Shown here: positions 17,987 through 26,461 of the stretch, one piece after another
How the letters are laid out: every line of letters starts with the position of its first letter
Position numbering within the stretch: position 1 is the stretch's first letter
From: a virus
Taxonomy: Duplodnaviria > Caudoviricetes
DNA: 52,712 bases
IMG/VR virus record: IMGVR_UViG_3300049441_000044
Span: 1 to 52,712 of that record
Reading direction: 5' to 3' (one strand)
Notes under the pieces: model-generated
What the model saw: only the letters and a program-made list of their open reading frames with translations
The model's database searches: none
What the model was told of the DNA's origin: nothing
Made by a program: the position numbers and the translations under genes

Positions 17987-18042
17987 GTGTTACGCGATTC
18001 GTGTTACGTGAATCGCGTAACACGAATCGTGAATCGCGAATC
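17987..18042. repeat. array of eight 7-bp units (RYGWWWC) with overlapping inverted repeats
   Basis: GTGTTAC GCGATTC GTGTTAC GTGAATC GCGTAAC ACGAATC GTGAATC GCGAATC. Perfect 14-bp IR at 17987-18000/18010-18023. Confidence 0.85.
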
Positions 18043-18089
18043 GGGTTTCCGATGCACCTGGTCGACCAGCAGGGCGGGCGCCGGTCGTG

Positions 18090-18278
18090 TCACGCGACCG
18101 GCGCCTCCGCGCGGGCAACCAGCTCCCGCACCCACTCGGGGAAGTCCGACAGCTCCTCGGCGTCGGTCTCGGCGAACACCGCACGCAGCTGGCGCAGGGT
18201 GTCGTCGCTGACGTCCTCGAACCCGTAGAGGACACCCACGGCGGCGGCCAGGCGGTGCGACAACCCGGGTGGCAGCAC
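18090..18278 (-). CDS. small acidic protein, candidate immunity protein
   Basis: GGAG before GTG 18278, immediately after the stop of the ART-like gene; 62 aa, rich in D/E. Confidence 0.5.
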   Translation of the reverse strand: MLPPGLSHRLAAAVGVLYGFEDVSDDTLRQLRAVFAETDAEELSDFPEWVRELVARAEAPVA

Positions 18279-18279
18279 G

Positions 18280-19125
18280 TCACACGCTCCGGTCGACGAG
18301 CAGGGCACCCCGGTTGAGGACGACGACCTCGATCATGCCCTCCGACCAGCGGCCGGCCTCGACGAGGACCGCATCGTACCCGTTGAGCGCGGCCCACCTG
18401 CCAGGATCGCGATTCACTGTGATCCACGTATTGAGCATGTCCAACTGGTCCTCGAGGTCCCTGGTGTCGTCCTCGGCGGCCCGGATTTTCCGGCGCAGCG
18501 CGGCGCGTTCCTCCTTGAGCGTGTCCAGGTCGGCCTGCTGGAGTGGTTCGAGGTCGGGTGCGGTGATGGTGTACGGCCCTGGCGCGAACGTCATCCGGAT
18601 CCTGGCCGCACCATAGGCGCTGATGTCGTCCTGGAGATCCGCGGCACGGCCAGGGGAGTGCTCGACCAGCCCCAACGCGTAGGTCCCGTTGCCATGTATC
18701 CCGCTACCAGGGAAGTAGTCACCGGTCTTGAATTGCTCGACGTAGCGCTGCTCGGGAACCGCACGCCACATTTCGGGCTGGCCACCGTCGATCGCCGATT
18801 GGAACCGGTCGGGGTCGACGAGCTGAGGCAGTGCGTCGAAACCGTTCTGGCGGGCGATTTCCCCGAGGATCGGGTCGTCCCGGCCCAGCGGAGCGGAGCT
18901 GTCCCCGCCGCGCAACAGCGCCGCCATGCCCGCTGACACCCGGATCGCGGCGGGCGTGATCGCCACCCACCCGTGGCGCCACTGGTAGGGCTTGCGGCCG
19001 CCGACCAGCCCGATCCGGTGGGCGGCGGCGGTGACCCTGCGCCGCCGGGCGGCGGCGGCCTGGGTGTCCCGGTACAGCACCCACCCCAGAGACACCGCCC
19101 CGTCGGGTGGGGGGTAAGCAGACAC
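18280..19125 (-). CDS. ADP-ribosyltransferase-fold (PARP-like) protein with N-terminal peptide shared with the protease
   Basis: MWRAV, G.GIHGNGTY, GYDAV and EVVVLNR occur in the order expected for an ART-like fold. The family call is inference. Confidence 0.55.
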   Translation of the reverse strand: MSAYPPPDGAVSLGWVLYRDTQAAAARRRRVTAAAHRIGLVGGRKPYQWRHGWVAITPAAIRVSAGMAALLRGGDSSAPLGRDDPILGEIARQNGFDALPQLVDPDRFQSAIDGGQPEMWRAVPEQRYVEQFKTGDYFPGSGIHGNGTYALGLVEHSPGRAADLQDDISAYGAARIRMTFAPGPYTITAPDLEPLQQADLDTLKEERAALRRKIRAAEDDTRDLEDQLDMLNTWITVNRDPGRWAALNGYDAVLVEAGRWSEGMIEVVVLNRGALLVDRSV

Positions 19126-19230
19126 TGGGCACCGCCCTGATCAGGGGGTACCCGGCCACCACGTCGCCAGTCGGCACGATCACCGGCAGTGTAGCCAGCC
19201 CGGTGACCCGCCGGCCCGGGGACTGAGACC

Positions 19231-19443
19231 ATGCACGCCGTGAGCGAACCCGGTGAGATCGTCGCGGCCGACGGGACCCGCTGGGTGTGGAATGCGGACT
19301 GCGGGCTCTGGTTCGGATGGGTTGAGCCGGCCCCGGGCCAGGTGCTGGAACTGGGCGAGGACGCCCTGATGGAGAGGACGCCGCAGGAGATGGCTCGGGA
19401 ACACCCGGAGGTGCTGGCCTGCTCCGAGGTCGGTAAGACATGA
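19231..19443 (+). CDS. hypothetical protein
   Basis: 70 aa, Trp-rich, coupled to the next ORF. Confidence 0.45.
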   Translation: MHAVSEPGEIVAADGTRWVWNADCGLWFGWVEPAPGQVLELGEDALMERTPQEMAREHPEVLACSEVGKT

Positions 19444-19769
19444 GCATGATCGTGCACCGGTTGCGGGAGTTCCTGGCTAGCGCGGCGGGCCAGGAACTGG
19501 TGGCGCTGGTCGACTATTTCGAGGAGCATCCCGACGAGCTCGCCGCGCTGATCCAGGCGCAGGAGGCGGCGGGCTCGCCGACCTGCAGTTGCCTGTGCCC
19601 GTACTGGGGTCACCTGGGGGCGTGCACCACGGTGGCCACCGAAACCCGGGTGGTGCACTCACCACGGTTCGGACCGGTGCCGGTGCCGGTGCCGGTGGCG
19701 GTGGCGGTGTGCGGGCCGTGCGGGGCGGGCATCGACACCGGCCGGGTCACCGCCGACGGCGACCGCTGA
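19440..19769 (+). CDS. hypothetical Cys-containing protein
   Basis: ATGA overlap; CSCLC...H...C...CxxC. Confidence 0.45.
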   Translation: MSMIVHRLREFLASAAGQELVALVDYFEEHPDELAALIQAQEAAGSPTCSCLCPYWGHLGACTTVATETRVVHSPRFGPVPVPVPVAVAVCGPCGAGIDTGRVTADGDR

Positions 19770-20016
19770 GCAGCTCAGCGAGCTGGTCGAACTCGCTGAG
19801 CGCCAGGTCGGTCCGGCGACTCAGCTCACGACCGGTGATCCAGCGTCGGGCGTAGTAGCGGTGGCAGTCCGCGAGCCACAGCAACGACATCGCCACGTTG
19901 ACCGGGCCGTCGCGCTGGTCGACGGGCAACGTGCCGATGGTGCCGATCAGGGCGTCGATGTCCCGGTCGAGGCGCTCGGCGCAGTCCAGCGCCCACAGTT
20001 GCCGGATCGTCCTCAT
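19747..20016 (-). CDS. hypothetical protein
   Basis: Helical 89 aa, coupled to the upstream ORF. Confidence 0.45.
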   Translation of the reverse strand: MRTIRQLWALDCAERLDRDIDALIGTIGTLPVDQRDGPVNVAMSLLWLADCHRYYARRWITGRELSRRTDLALSEFDQLAELLSGRRRR

Positions 20017-20273
20017 GGTTCCCCCATGGTCCGCAGCGCTTCCTGCTCAGCCCGGAACGCCGGGTCGGTCTGGCGGCGGGCGCAAATGTCGTCGTCGTGC
20101 TGGGGTGCGAACAGGTCCGGGGTGTGACCGTCGCCGGGGTCGGTGCCGAACCACCCGCAGGAGGTGCAGCGCAGCAACACGGCCCGGAACCCGTCGCGGC
20201 GTTTGGGGCCGCACAGCTGCACCACCGCACTGGTCAGGACCGGCGGCAACGGTGGTAACGGTGGTGTCGTCAT
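20013..20273 (-). CDS. hypothetical protein with CxxC
   Basis: GGAGGG RBS upstream; LLRCTSCGW. Confidence 0.45.
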   Translation of the reverse strand: MTTPPLPPLPPVLTSAVVQLCGPKRRDGFRAVLLRCTSCGWFGTDPGDGHTPDLFAPQHDDDICARRQTDPAFRAEQEALRTMGEP

Positions 20274-20303
20274 CGTGGCCGTACCCCTCCGTCCTGACAG
20301 TCA

Positions 20304-20906
20304 CTACGGGACCGGCCCGAGCGCCGGCAGCCCAGCGACGATCACCTGGGCGATCAGGGCGGCCACCACACACGCCATCGCCGGGGTCGCGGCGAACTCG
20401 GTGGCCCCGTACGACACCGACACCAGGTGGTGGGCAGCGGTTTGGACGTCGACGTCGCAGTCGGTGGGCCGCGCCGGCCCGACCGTGGCCGAGTACCCGC
20501 CGAGGGTGGTCAGCGGACCCACCCCCGGCGCCCCGAAGGGCACCAGGTAGGGCTGCGCGAACGCGATCACCCGCAGCGTGCGATGCGCCGGGCTGGTGAT
20601 CGGGGCGTAGGACCACACACACACCGCGGACCCGAGGATCAGGTCGTCGTACTGGCGGGGCGCGCCGGGGAACCCGACCGAGGTGGCCTGCTCGACGGTC
20701 AACGCGTCGCAGGGTTGGGTCTGGAGCGCCGACACGTCCAGGGTCGGTGGCAGCACCGCCGGCGCGGCCGCGAGAGTGCCCGGTGCGGGCAGCGGCGCAG
20801 CGGAGGGGGGGTCGGCGCAGCCGGGCGCGAGGAGCACCAGCACCGCAACCGGGACGAGCCAGCCGGTCCAGCGGCGGGGTCGTCGGGGCGCGGCGGTCCG
20901 GGTCAT
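20304..20906 (-). CDS. DUF3558-like lipoprotein
   Basis: Lipobox-like LAPGC, PC.AL, C.W and paired C-terminal Cys pattern. Confidence 0.65.
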   Translation of the reverse strand: MTRTAAPRRPRRWTGWLVPVAVLVLLAPGCADPPSAAPLPAPGTLAAAPAVLPPTLDVSALQTQPCDALTVEQATSVGFPGAPRQYDDLILGSAVCVWSYAPITSPAHRTLRVIAFAQPYLVPFGAPGVGPLTTLGGYSATVGPARPTDCDVDVQTAAHHLVSVSYGATEFAATPAMACVVAALIAQVIVAGLPALGPVP

Positions 20907-21109
20907 GTCAACCCGGACCGGTCCGGGTCGGTGTGGTCGGCGAGCTGGATGACCTCGTCGACCATGTCGTCGAGGGTCAGCAGCTGGTGCCGCAACCGGT
21001 CCAGTTCCCGCCAGACGTAGCACAGGACACCGACAGCCACGCCCAGGGACACCAGGAGCAGCGTCGGGGGTCGTGTCGGTTCCCGGGTCGCCCCGCCGTG
21101 TCGGATCAT
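20903..21109 (-). CDS. small single-TM protein
   Basis: One hydrophobic helix plus an acidic tail; coupled to the lipoprotein gene. Confidence 0.45.
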   Translation of the reverse strand: MIRHGGATREPTRPPTLLLVSLGVAVGVLCYVWRELDRLRHQLLTLDDMVDEVIQLADHTDPDRSGLT

Positions 21110-21160
21110 CGGCCGCGCTCCCCGCCGGACCGGGGGCTCACGAACGCGGAGACGGCTGCC

Positions 21161-21217
21161 GGGCCTTACACGAGCGGCTGGGCCGATGCTCTCACCGGCC
21201 CAGCCGCTCACCGGCCC
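21161..21217. other. long intergenic hairpin
   Basis: Perfect 14-bp IR GAGCGGCTGGGCCG at 21172-21185/21196-21209, plus flanking GGGCC/GGCCC. Confidence 0.6.
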
Positions 21218-21341
21218 TCGAAACCGGGGTTCCTCGTCGTCCGATCAGTCGCTCACCCTATGGGCATTCTTGTTTCGCGGCACGCTATCACGCTGGGCCT
21301 GGGCTCCAGTTGGAGCCAGTTGGCGCCCACCTGGAAAAGGG

Positions 21342-21917
21342 TCAGCCCTCGGGGTCGGGCTGCTGCCGGTAGGCGAGCTGGGCGGCGGTGTGGCGGGAGC
21401 AGTCCGGGGCGTGGCCCCGTTCGCTGTCGTCGGGGTCACGCCCCGGGCCGCTGTCCTCGATCCGGCGCCGGCACTGGCCGCAGTTCCACCGCAGACCCGG
21501 CCGGTAGCAGGCGGAGCGCCGCGCGTCGTCGTCGCTGAGGGACTGACCGGGGCGGCGGCCCTGCACGACGAACAGGAACGCGGCCTGCCCGGGGGGCAGG
21601 TCATCCTCGGCGGCCGCGGCCAACAGGCCCAGCGGCTCCGCCAGGTCGTGCCAGGTGGCGCCCTGGCCCCGGAGCTGGCCCGCGTAGTCCCGGATCGCGG
21701 CGGTGGTGGCCTCCCGCAGGAACAACGCGGCCCGCAGCCCCCAGTCGGGTTGCACGTCGTGGAAGGCCGACGGCAGGCCCGGCAGGGTGCGCTGCACCCC
21801 GATCCTTTCGGAGTCGGCGAGTTCCTGGGCGACCAGGTGCAGGCCCCGGCGGGCGGCCCACCGGGCGCGTTCCTCGATGGTGGGGGGGCGGACAACGGGT
21901 TCGGCGGTCGAGTCCAC
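21342..21917 (-). CDS. hypothetical protein with HTH-like G.TW..LA..LG segment and C-terminal Cys/His cluster
   Basis: GAGGAG RBS before GTG 21917; W.C..C...I.D.GP and E.GH...C.RH. Confidence 0.6.
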   Translation of the reverse strand: MDSTAEPVVRPPTIEERARWAARRGLHLVAQELADSERIGVQRTLPGLPSAFHDVQPDWGLRAALFLREATTAAIRDYAGQLRGQGATWHDLAEPLGLLAAAAEDDLPPGQAAFLFVVQGRRPGQSLSDDDARRSACYRPGLRWNCGQCRRRIEDSGPGRDPDDSERGHAPDCSRHTAAQLAYRQQPDPEG

Positions 21918-21930
21918 GGGTCGGTTCTCC

Positions 21931-22971
21931 TCACTGCTGCTGGGCGAAGGTGGCGGCGGCGACCAGGTGAGCCGGGTCGGCCGCGAGGGAGTCCAGGGTG
22001 TCGTCGTAGAGCTGAGTGATCTCCGGGGAGGAGTGCCCCAAAGCGTGCTGACGGGCCTCCAGACCGGCGCCACGGGCCTTGGCGATCCGGTTGAACGCGT
22101 GCCGGCACGAATGCGGGGTGATCTCCTCGGGGCTGGGGATCTCGGCGGCGGTGGCGAGGGTGACGAGCAGGTGCGCGACCTGGTGGCGGGTGATCCGGCG
22201 CCCGTCGCGGTCGACGAGCAGCGCCAGCTCACCAGGGTCCGCGATGCGGTGCAGCCGCCACGCGTCGAGCAGCGGACCGAGCTGGGCCGGGATCGGCCGG
22301 ATCCGGACCACCCCGGCTTTCATCGCCAGCTGCGCGACCCGCCAGGTGGTGCCGGTGTGGTCGGTCCGGTGCCCCAGGTCGTGCAGGTCCAGGTTGCACA
22401 GCTCACTGACCCGTGCACCGAGGTCCAGCAGCAGGTGCACAGTCAACTGGGCGCACAGCGGCCCCCAGGTCCGGGGCGCCCGGGTGGTGGCCACCGCGCA
22501 CAAGGCCCTGGCCTCGGCCTCCGACAGGCCCCGGGTGCGGGAGGTGCGGCGCTCGTAGCGGGGCCGCTCGGCGTGCGCGGCCGGGTGGTAGTGCATCGCC
22601 CCGGCCCGGTTGAGGTGGGTGTACCAGCTACTCACCGACGCCAACGCCCGCGCGACCGTCCGGGGGGCGCGGGGTTTGCCGGTGCGGGCGCTGGGTGTGT
22701 CCGACAGCCACCGCCCGAAGACCTGCACCTCCGGCAGGCCCACCCGCAGCGGGTCGAGGCCGTGATCGGCGCACCACCCCAGGTACAGGCCCAGATCGGT
22801 CCGGTACGCCGCCGCGGTGTTCGCCTCGAACCCGGCCAGCCAGGAGGCGGCGAGCTGCTCCAGCCGGTACCCGCCCGGCGGCTGGTACACCTCCGGGGGG
22901 CGCGGCTCCGGGCGCTCCAGCGGCAACGCCATCACGGTCACCGCCCGCACGGCGGGGCCGTGGGCCGCCAC
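21931..22971 (-). CDS. tyrosine recombinase/integrase (Xer-like)
   Basis: N-terminal NT..AYRTDL core-binding region. Catalytic GAR.SE, HSCRH, LGHSS and T..Y. The true start may be about 22932-22941. Confidence 0.9.
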   Translation of the reverse strand: MAAHGPAVRAVTVMALPLERPEPRPPEVYQPPGGYRLEQLAASWLAGFEANTAAAYRTDLGLYLGWCADHGLDPLRVGLPEVQVFGRWLSDTPSARTGKPRAPRTVARALASVSSWYTHLNRAGAMHYHPAAHAERPRYERRTSRTRGLSEAEARALCAVATTRAPRTWGPLCAQLTVHLLLDLGARVSELCNLDLHDLGHRTDHTGTTWRVAQLAMKAGVVRIRPIPAQLGPLLDAWRLHRIADPGELALLVDRDGRRITRHQVAHLLVTLATAAEIPSPEEITPHSCRHAFNRIAKARGAGLEARQHALGHSSPEITQLYDDTLDSLAADPAHLVAAATFAQQQ

Positions 22972-23738
22972 CGGACGGCGGTGTGCCAGGTGGTGCTGGT
23001 GAGGAGGTACCCCTGGCTGATCAGCGCACGGCCGATCCCGGGCCCGTGACCGAGCCCCCAGATCATCACCAACGGCCGGGACCGTGGCGCGGCTAACGCC
23101 GCCCTGACCGCGACGTCGTTACGCACGTCGACCAACGCGTCCTCCCGCAGCCACCGCCGGCTTGACCGGTGGGCGCCGGGGAGCTGAGCGAACCGGGACA
23201 CCCGCGGCCCAAGGATGATCAGCCAGCGGAGCAGCGCCACGACCACCGCCGAGTACCGGGCGGGTAGCTCGTTGAGGATGTCGGGCAGCTCGTCGAAACC
23301 CCCCATCCCGGTGGGGTCGACGCCCGCGCCGAGGAGCCGCACGAGCTCCAATCTGGTCACGTCGGTGTTGATCCACTGCGGGCGGGGCCGTAACGCCCCC
23401 CGAGCCGACTGGTGGACCAGGCCCAGACACCGGGCGAAGATGCCCACCTGGCGGCGGGAGGTCACCATCGCCAGGGCCCGCAACGCGGCCAGCTCCTCGG
23501 CGGTGGCCGTGGCCATCTCCTCGGGTGAGGGCTTACGCAGCGCCTCGTAATGCACCAGGGCACGATGGCGCCGCTCGTCCCGGATCAGGGCGAACAACTC
23601 GGCGAAATACGCCGGTTCCCCAATGTGCACGGTGCACACCAGCACAATCCGGTGCCTGGTCACGGGGTGCTGATAGTGCAGTACCGGGGTCTGCAACCCG
23701 GCCAGGCGGGTGCGTCGGTGGGCCGCCCGCAGCGTCAT
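22938..23738 (-). CDS. TraB/GumN-superfamily-like hypothetical protein
   Basis: LV.TVHIGE..YF, VHYE, RN and WG.GH motif order. Confidence 0.5.
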   Translation of the reverse strand: MTLRAAHRRTRLAGLQTPVLHYQHPVTRHRIVLVCTVHIGEPAYFAELFALIRDERRHRALVHYEALRKPSPEEMATATAEELAALRALAMVTSRRQVGIFARCLGLVHQSARGALRPRPQWINTDVTRLELVRLLGAGVDPTGMGGFDELPDILNELPARYSAVVVALLRWLIILGPRVSRFAQLPGAHRSSRRWLREDALVDVRNDVAVRAALAAPRSRPLVMIWGLGHGPGIGRALISQGYLLTSTTWHTAVRWRPTAPPCGR

Positions 23739-23983
23739 CGCAGCGACACCCGCAACGGCTCAGCGGAGCAGCGGCGACACAGGGCGCTGACCACCGCGAC
23801 GGCGACTCCGGCGGCGATCAGCCCCACGGGCAGGGCCCGCCCGGGCCGCCACCGGCCGGCCGGGTCGTGCCGGGGCCAGCGGATGACCACGGTCGGCAGC
23901 GGGCACACGTAATGGTGGTTCGGGCCCCGGTAGTAGCCCACCCACCAGTCCGCCAGGTCCTGGTACACCGTCACCGGGCTCAC
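23735..23983 (-). CDS. small hypothetical protein
   Basis: Coupled to genes at both ends; D.WVG.Y...YVC.LP.V.I. Confidence 0.45.
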   Translation of the reverse strand: MSPVTVYQDLADWWVGYYRGPNHHYVCPLPTVVIRWPRHDPAGRWRPGRALPVGLIAAGVAVAVVSALCRRCSAEPLRVSLR

Positions 23984-24336
23984 CGCTCGAGCTCGGGGTT
24001 GGCGCCGGGCTCGAACCCCACCGGATACTCGGTGGTCCGGTTCTGGTGGAAACCGGCCCACAGGGTGCGGACACCGTTGGTCGTGGCCAGGGGACCGACG
24101 TGCTGTTGCAGGCCCCGCCAGTCCCCGACGTCGATCAGCGCCCGGCAGGGGCCGCAGGCGTAGAACCGGTCACCGCTGTCGAACGGCTCAGTGAGCGCGG
24201 GATGGGCGGCGACGAGCTGGAACGGCCGGACCGGGTAGAACACCACCGGGTCGAGCTCGCCGCAGAAGTCGCACAGCAGGCGCCCGTCTTCCCGGCGCGA
24301 ACCCATCGGCACGGCACCGTCGGCGGGGGCGGTCAC
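23980..24336 (-). CDS. hypothetical zinc-binding protein
   Basis: CDFC ... ACGPC..LI..GDW. Confidence 0.6.
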   Translation of the reverse strand: MTAPADGAVPMGSRREDGRLLCDFCGELDPVVFYPVRPFQLVAAHPALTEPFDSGDRFYACGPCRALIDVGDWRGLQQHVGPLATTNGVRTLWAGFHQNRTTEYPVGFEPGANPELER

Positions 24337-25316
24337 GGCTCTGTCCTGGGCACTGGGGAGGGCTGGCTGTGCGGGGTGGCGTAGAGGTCGGGAGTGCACA
24401 CCGGGCGGCCGTCCCAGCCGTAGCCGTCAGTCGGGTCGGCGGCGTCGCGCTCGCTGAACCCGCGGGCCAGCTCATCGGTGATCTGCCGGTCGTCGGCCAG
24501 CTGGTCGAAGTTGAGTTCCGACCAGACCTCCGTGCCACCAGGGTCGCCCGGTCTGGTGCACACCAGCCAGTCGAGCTGGTGCTGCACGTACCGTTCACCG
24601 GTTCCCGCACCGTCGGCGTCGGCGGCGACGTAGTAGCTGGACGTCAGCACCGACCATTGCCCGGGCTCACCCGGGGTGCGTGTGATCCAGCTCCGTTCCC
24701 AGGCGGTGCCGAGCTGCACGTCGCCGCCGACGTCGCCACCGTCGACCGGGCCGATCGGTTCCCGCTCCACCCACTGGTCGGGTTGCAGCTCCCACCAGAC
24801 CCGCAGGATCGCGTCGTAGTCGTTGATGCCGATATTCCGCTCGGTGACCGTGTCGAGCAGCGGCAGGTGCAGCTCGCGGTGCTCGACACCGATGAATGCC
24901 AGCCACACCATCGGCACCATCCGGTCCCAGACGGGTTCACCGTGCCCGGGTCGCCGGTAGCCGGTCAACGCGAACGGGGCGTCGACCTCCACGACCTGCG
25001 GCAGGTCCGCGAGTCGGGTGATGTCCTGGGTGTAGAGCCAGGCCAGGAAGGGCTCGAACAGGGGACACACCCAGATCCGGTGATGGTCGAGATCGCCCTT
25101 GGCGTACCCGCCGGGCGCAAAGAGAGCACCCTCCCCGGTCGCGAGGTCCATCACCCACAGGTGGTGACGAGCCCAGCCGAGGCGGTTCAGCAGCACCGAC
25201 GGCTCAGCGGGTGAGTCATCGACCTGGCTGCGCCACGCCCATTCCACGTCCATCACGCCGACCAGGAACTTGCCCCAGTTGCGGCCATTGGTGGCCTCGA
25301 ACAAGTAGGTCCTCAT
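24333..25316 (-). CDS. hypothetical multi-domain protein
   Basis: AAAGGA RBS; NWGKF, V.DL.TGEG and WVCPLFEPFL.WLY. Confidence 0.65.
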   Translation of the reverse strand: MRTYLFEATNGRNWGKFLVGVMDVEWAWRSQVDDSPAEPSVLLNRLGWARHHLWVMDLATGEGALFAPGGYAKGDLDHHRIWVCPLFEPFLAWLYTQDITRLADLPQVVEVDAPFALTGYRRPGHGEPVWDRMVPMVWLAFIGVEHRELHLPLLDTVTERNIGINDYDAILRVWWELQPDQWVEREPIGPVDGGDVGGDVQLGTAWERSWITRTPGEPGQWSVLTSSYYVAADADGAGTGERYVQHQLDWLVCTRPGDPGGTEVWSELNFDQLADDRQITDELARGFSERDAADPTDGYGWDGRPVCTPDLYATPHSQPSPVPRTEP

Positions 25317-25328
25317 CGGTTCCTTTCG

Positions 25329-26126
25329 TCAGTCACGGGTGTAGAAATGGGCAGACACTGAGTAGAAGAGTCCGTGACAACGCGAGTAGTGGTCATGGGC
25401 CAGGGCTCCGGGTTGCAGCCACTGATCGGCCACGATCCGCCACCCCGACGGGCCGGCGGTGTCGTCGCAGTAGTCCGACACCACGACGGCGAGGGTCTCC
25501 GCGAGCTCGGTGTACCGCTCGGGGTCGGTCACCCAGCGGCGCAGCACACCGACCAGCACCTCACGGGCAGCCGGGTCGACCCGCTGGACCGGACCAGCGG
25601 CGCGGCGGGCCGTGACGTTGAAAGCAGGGAGCGCCCGGGTGGGTTTGGCGAGGTTGAGTTCGTTACCGAACAGCACAATGTCGTGGAGCAGCGCGGATTC
25701 CCATGAGCCTTCCCGGCCGGCGGTCAGGGTGCGGCGAGCAAAGTCGTAGGAGGTGTCCGCCTGCAGCCCGCCGTGGGCCTCCCGGATCTCGTGGAACAGC
25801 TGCTCCAACGCCGCCGCCAGAGTGGTGATCGTCTTCCGGCCGGCCTTCTGGAAGGTGCTCACCAGCAACGCCCGGTCCGCGTCGGTGATCGGCTCCACCG
25901 GGCGGAGCGGGCCCCGGGTCGCGGCCAACTCGTCCAGGCCGCGCGGCGGCAGGTCCCGCTGGTAACGGGTGGCCGCGCCCGGGGGCGGCGGGTGGCCGTA
26001 ATCGGCCGCGTAGAGGACGGCGTCGCCGTCGGCGCCGGTGGGATGCCAGCCCTGGTTCTGGCTGTCGACGTACCGGCGGTGATAACGGGGCCGAGCGGGC
26101 GCGTCGGTGCGCTCAGGGCTGCTCAT
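25329..26126 (-). CDS. hypothetical protein, paralog of 39250..39954
   Basis: Shares GQGW/NQGW, RGPLRPV, TLAAAL, WES and WV.DP.RYTE with the paralog. Confidence 0.65.
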   Translation of the reverse strand: MSSPERTDAPARPRYHRRYVDSQNQGWHPTGADGDAVLYAADYGHPPPPGAATRYQRDLPPRGLDELAATRGPLRPVEPITDADRALLVSTFQKAGRKTITTLAAALEQLFHEIREAHGGLQADTSYDFARRTLTAGREGSWESALLHDIVLFGNELNLAKPTRALPAFNVTARRAAGPVQRVDPAAREVLVGVLRRWVTDPERYTELAETLAVVVSDYCDDTAGPSGWRIVADQWLQPGALAHDHYSRCHGLFYSVSAHFYTRD

Positions 26127-26461
26127 AGCTCGTACCCGCTCACGCCCTGGGCCTCGAACCGGTGGTCGCCATCGAAATGCGGGCGCCCGGCCGGGTGGGG
26201 GACAGCGCGGAGTTGGGGGGCAGGCTGGTCCAGGCCAGCGCCGACCGTGTAGCGGACCAGGGGGCGCCCGTCCTGGTCGAATCCGGCGACCTCCCCGTCG
26301 ACGTGGCGGCCCTCCAGCTCAGCGGCGAGTGACGCGGCGGTGGTGGCCACGGCGGCGCGGGCGCCGTCGAGGTGGGCGGGGTTGGTGATCAGGGCATGGA
26401 TCTCTAACGTCAGGTCGGTGTCGTCCTCGCCGGTGTCGTCGAGGGGGGCTGCGGTGGTCAT
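26123..26461 (-). CDS. hypothetical protein
   Basis: ATGA coupling at both ends. Confidence 0.5.
   Translation of the reverse strand: MTTAAPLDDTGEDDTDLTLEIHALITNPAHLDGARAAVATTAASLAAELEGRHVDGEVAGFDQDGRPLVRYTVGAGLDQPAPQLRAVPHPAGRPHFDGDHRFEAQGVSGYEL

Noticed and set aside
19674-19710. CCGGTG and GGTGGC short tandem repeats
   Set aside because: In-frame hexamers encoding PVPVPV/AVAV; ordinary microsatellite slippage.
21215-21255. Possible hammerhead-like core (CTGA and GAAA)
   Set aside because: The two motifs are on opposite strands, and CTGATCG does not fit CUGANGA.
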